Assembly (NCBI GenBank): GCA_947305805.1 | Contig: CAMZEM010000003.1 | Span: 1 to 53,719 of the forward strand | DNA: 53,719 bases | Direction of reading: 5' to 3' | Source: an uncultured Clostridia bacterium | GTDB taxonomy: Bacteria; Bacillota; Clostridia; Oscillospirales; UBA644 | Part shown: in pieces, positions 51,915 to 53,719 of the stretch | Layout of the letters: every line of letters starts with the position of its first letter | Numbering within the stretch: the first letter of the stretch is position 1 | The notes under the pieces: model-generated | Told to the model about the DNA's origin: nothing | The model's input: the letters and a program-made list of their open reading frames with translations, nothing else | The model's database searches: none | Program-made: the position numbers and the translations under genes

Positions 51915-52072
51915 ACGTGAAAACTGAAAAAAGTAGTTTGCTTGTCAGCTAATTCAGTTGTCACGTATGCAGGGTCAAGGGATGCAGGCCATTGTCCGGG
52001 TGCCGGGGTGAAACTTCCGGCGCGGGTCGAGGGTAAGACCCCGCCCAGTTAAGTGATGGGTATCGTCACTTA
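51915..52072. other. Array of stem-loops; unassigned structured RNA or mobile-element remnant
   Basis: Four further hairpins within about 160 nt (see findings). Confidence 0.4.
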
Positions 52073-52118
52073 GATTATATAAATTCGTTTGTCCGGCAAA
52101 AAAAATTAAACTTCGGAC

Positions 52119-52147
52119 TTGACTTGTAAGCCGTTTTGTGATATTAT
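52119..52147 (+). promoter_or_regulatory. Sigma-A promoter of the metF-like/etf operon
   Basis: TTGACT, 17 bp, TATTAT with extended TG. Confidence 0.75.
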
Positions 52148-52191
52148 ACCTATAAATCCGATAGGTCAAATAGGTAATAAGAGAGGTAAAA

Positions 52192-52998
52192 ATGGAAAGA
52201 CACAAAATCAAACAGGGCTTTCACGTTGAGATCATTCCGCCTAAACAGGACTCTGTTAAGCTAGAAGAAGATCTTGCTTTGTTTGCCTCAAAGTTTGAAA
52301 GGATCATGGCAAGCGGGTTTACCGCATCCATAACGGACAACGCCATGGGACTTCTGGCATTTCAGGGGCACGAGTGTATCGAAGAACTGGGGCTCATCCC
52401 GCGCCCCGGACAGGTTTTGATACATTTAAATACGTTCCATACTAAACAGGCGCTGTGCGGGATACTCGATTCATGCGAGAGGCTCGGCATAAAGTCGGTC
52501 TTAGCGATAAGCGGAGACGGATCTCCGCGTCTGCCGAAGCTGAAGCCGAAAGACGTTGAGGCGGAGGGAACCGCGTCAGTCACGTCGGTAGAGCTTACGC
52601 GGTTCATACGTAAACATTATCCGGAGTTTACCGTCGGTGTGGCGTTCAACCCGTACGAGCCGGAGGAGCACGAGTTTGAAAAACTGAAAAGAAAGCTTGA
52701 CGCCGGCGCTTCTTTCGTCATAACGCAGCCGATAATACAGCAAAACAAAGTAACGGACAGACTTTTAAGCGAATATCCCGGCCTGCCCGTAATCGTTGAA
52801 GCGTGGATGTCAAAAAAGCTGTATCTGTTATCGGACGTCGTAGGTTATCCGATACCGGAAGACGCGGAGTTCGATCCGATAGAAACCCTGAAAAAGCTGA
52901 AAGAGCTTTATCCCTGCTGCGGCTTGTATCTTTCGCTCCTCGGGTTCAAAACGCAGTATGAAACAATAGAACAATTGGCGAAAGGGGACGAAAAATGA
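52192..52998 (+). CDS. Methylenetetrahydrofolate reductase-like flavoprotein (MetF family)
   Basis: VEIIPPK, ITDN, HLN, LAISGD and KLKRKLDAGASFVITQ. Confidence 0.8.
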   Translation: MERHKIKQGFHVEIIPPKQDSVKLEEDLALFASKFERIMASGFTASITDNAMGLLAFQGHECIEELGLIPRPGQVLIHLNTFHTKQALCGILDSCERLGIKSVLAISGDGSPRLPKLKPKDVEAEGTASVTSVELTRFIRKHYPEFTVGVAFNPYEPEEHEFEKLKRKLDAGASFVITQPIIQQNKVTDRLLSEYPGLPVIVEAWMSKKLYLLSDVVGYPIPEDAEFDPIETLKKLKELYPCCGLYLSLLGFKTQYETIEQLAKGDEK

Positions 52999-53719
52999 AA
53001 ATAGTCGTATGCATAAAACAAGTACCCTCTACCACGGATGCAAAAATCGACCCGGAGACCAAAAGGATAATAAGAGAGGGAACGAAAGCGGTTATGAATC
53101 CTTTTGATCTTTATGCCGTTGAGGAAGCGGTGCGCATAAAAGAACTGCTCGGCGGGGAAGTCACGGCGCTTTCAATGGGGCCGGAGAGCGCAAAAATGTC
53201 TTTGATAGAAGCGCTTTCCATGGGCGCGGATAAAGCCGTGTTGCTGTGCGACAGAGCGTTTGCCGGATCCGACACGTGGGCGACGAGCTACGCGCTTGCA
53301 AAAGCTATTGAAAAAATCGGCGGCGTCGATCTTGTGATCTGCGGCAAACAGGCCGTTGACGGAGATACGGCGCAGGTCGGTCCGGGCATCGCCGCAAAGC
53401 TCGATATAATACAGGCGGCAAACGTATCAAAGGTCGAAGAAGTCTCGGATGACGTCATAACGGTAAGCAGAATGAACGAGACCGGCTTTGATCTTTTAAA
53501 GCTCAGACTTCCCGCGCTCATCACGGTCATAAAAGACATAAACGAGCCGCGCATACCCACCTTGAAAAACGCACGCAAAGCGAGAAATACGGAAATCCCT
53601 ATATGGAAACCGGACGATATAGGCGCGGAGGCGGATAAAATAGGCTTGAACGCCTCTCCTACGCGCGTTGTCAAAACAGAGCCGCCGGCGACGAGGAACA
53701 CCGTCACGAAGAAGATAGA
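52995..53719 (+). CDS. etfB: Electron transfer flavoprotein beta subunit (3' end outside window)
   Basis: MKIVVCIKQVP, MNPFDLYAVEEA, GSDTWAT, CGKQAVDGDTAQVGP, EPRIP and SPTRV. Missing from the ORF track because there is no stop in the window. Confidence 0.95.
   Translation, partial: MKIVVCIKQVPSTTDAKIDPETKRIIREGTKAVMNPFDLYAVEEAVRIKELLGGEVTALSMGPESAKMSLIEALSMGADKAVLLCDRAFAGSDTWATSYALAKAIEKIGGVDLVICGKQAVDGDTAQVGPGIAAKLDIIQAANVSKVEEVSDDVITVSRMNETGFDLLKLRLPALITVIKDINEPRIPTLKNARKARNTEIPIWKPDDIGAEADKIGLNASPTRVVKTEPPATRNTVTKKI

Noticed and set aside
51960-52072. Known riboswitch (THF, SAM-I, ZTP, FMN, c-di-GMP-I), raiA motif or hammerhead ribozyme
   Set aside because: Only isolated words match (GTTAAGTG, GGTGAAAC, GGGATGCA), not in the required order or architecture, and the segment lies upstream of the metF promoter. 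A covariance search is still needed.

Overview
A gene-dense stretch of core chromosome from a Clostridia-like Bacillota bacterium (taxonomy inferred from gene order and sigma-A promoters). Order: 3' end of fusA, tuf, nadE, a GDPD, an EF-G paralogue, a beta-helix lipoprotein, obgE-rpmA-rplU, recG-cysS-pgsA-rimO-recX-recA, a ymdB / AAC(3)-Rpe fusion / cysteine-hydrolase-like operon, ispD, rlmB, a P-type-ATPase-like protein, yebC-maf-mreBCD-pbp2-minD-mgsA-hisS-aspS, a four-gene Gld-like ABC cassette, thrS, an orphan lipoprotein, rsmG-HAD-secA, comM, murE, and the start of a metF-like/etfB operon. I saw no tRNA, rRNA, CRISPR array, transposase or phage genes. Main leads: (1) a G10 tract in the -35/-10 spacer of a consensus promoter upstream of a surface lipoprotein, a likely phase-variation switch; (2) an AAC(3)-like domain lacking its catalytic His fused in frame to ribulose-phosphate 3-epimerase; (3) a MetF-like protein translationally coupled to EtfB, preceded by a dense hairpin array; (4) five intact genes or domains whose catalytic residues are replaced; (5) a short L27 with no adjacent prp gene; (6) a Lys-type MurE behind a DnaA-box-like cluster. 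All protein assignments come from motif recognition by eye; no database search was run.
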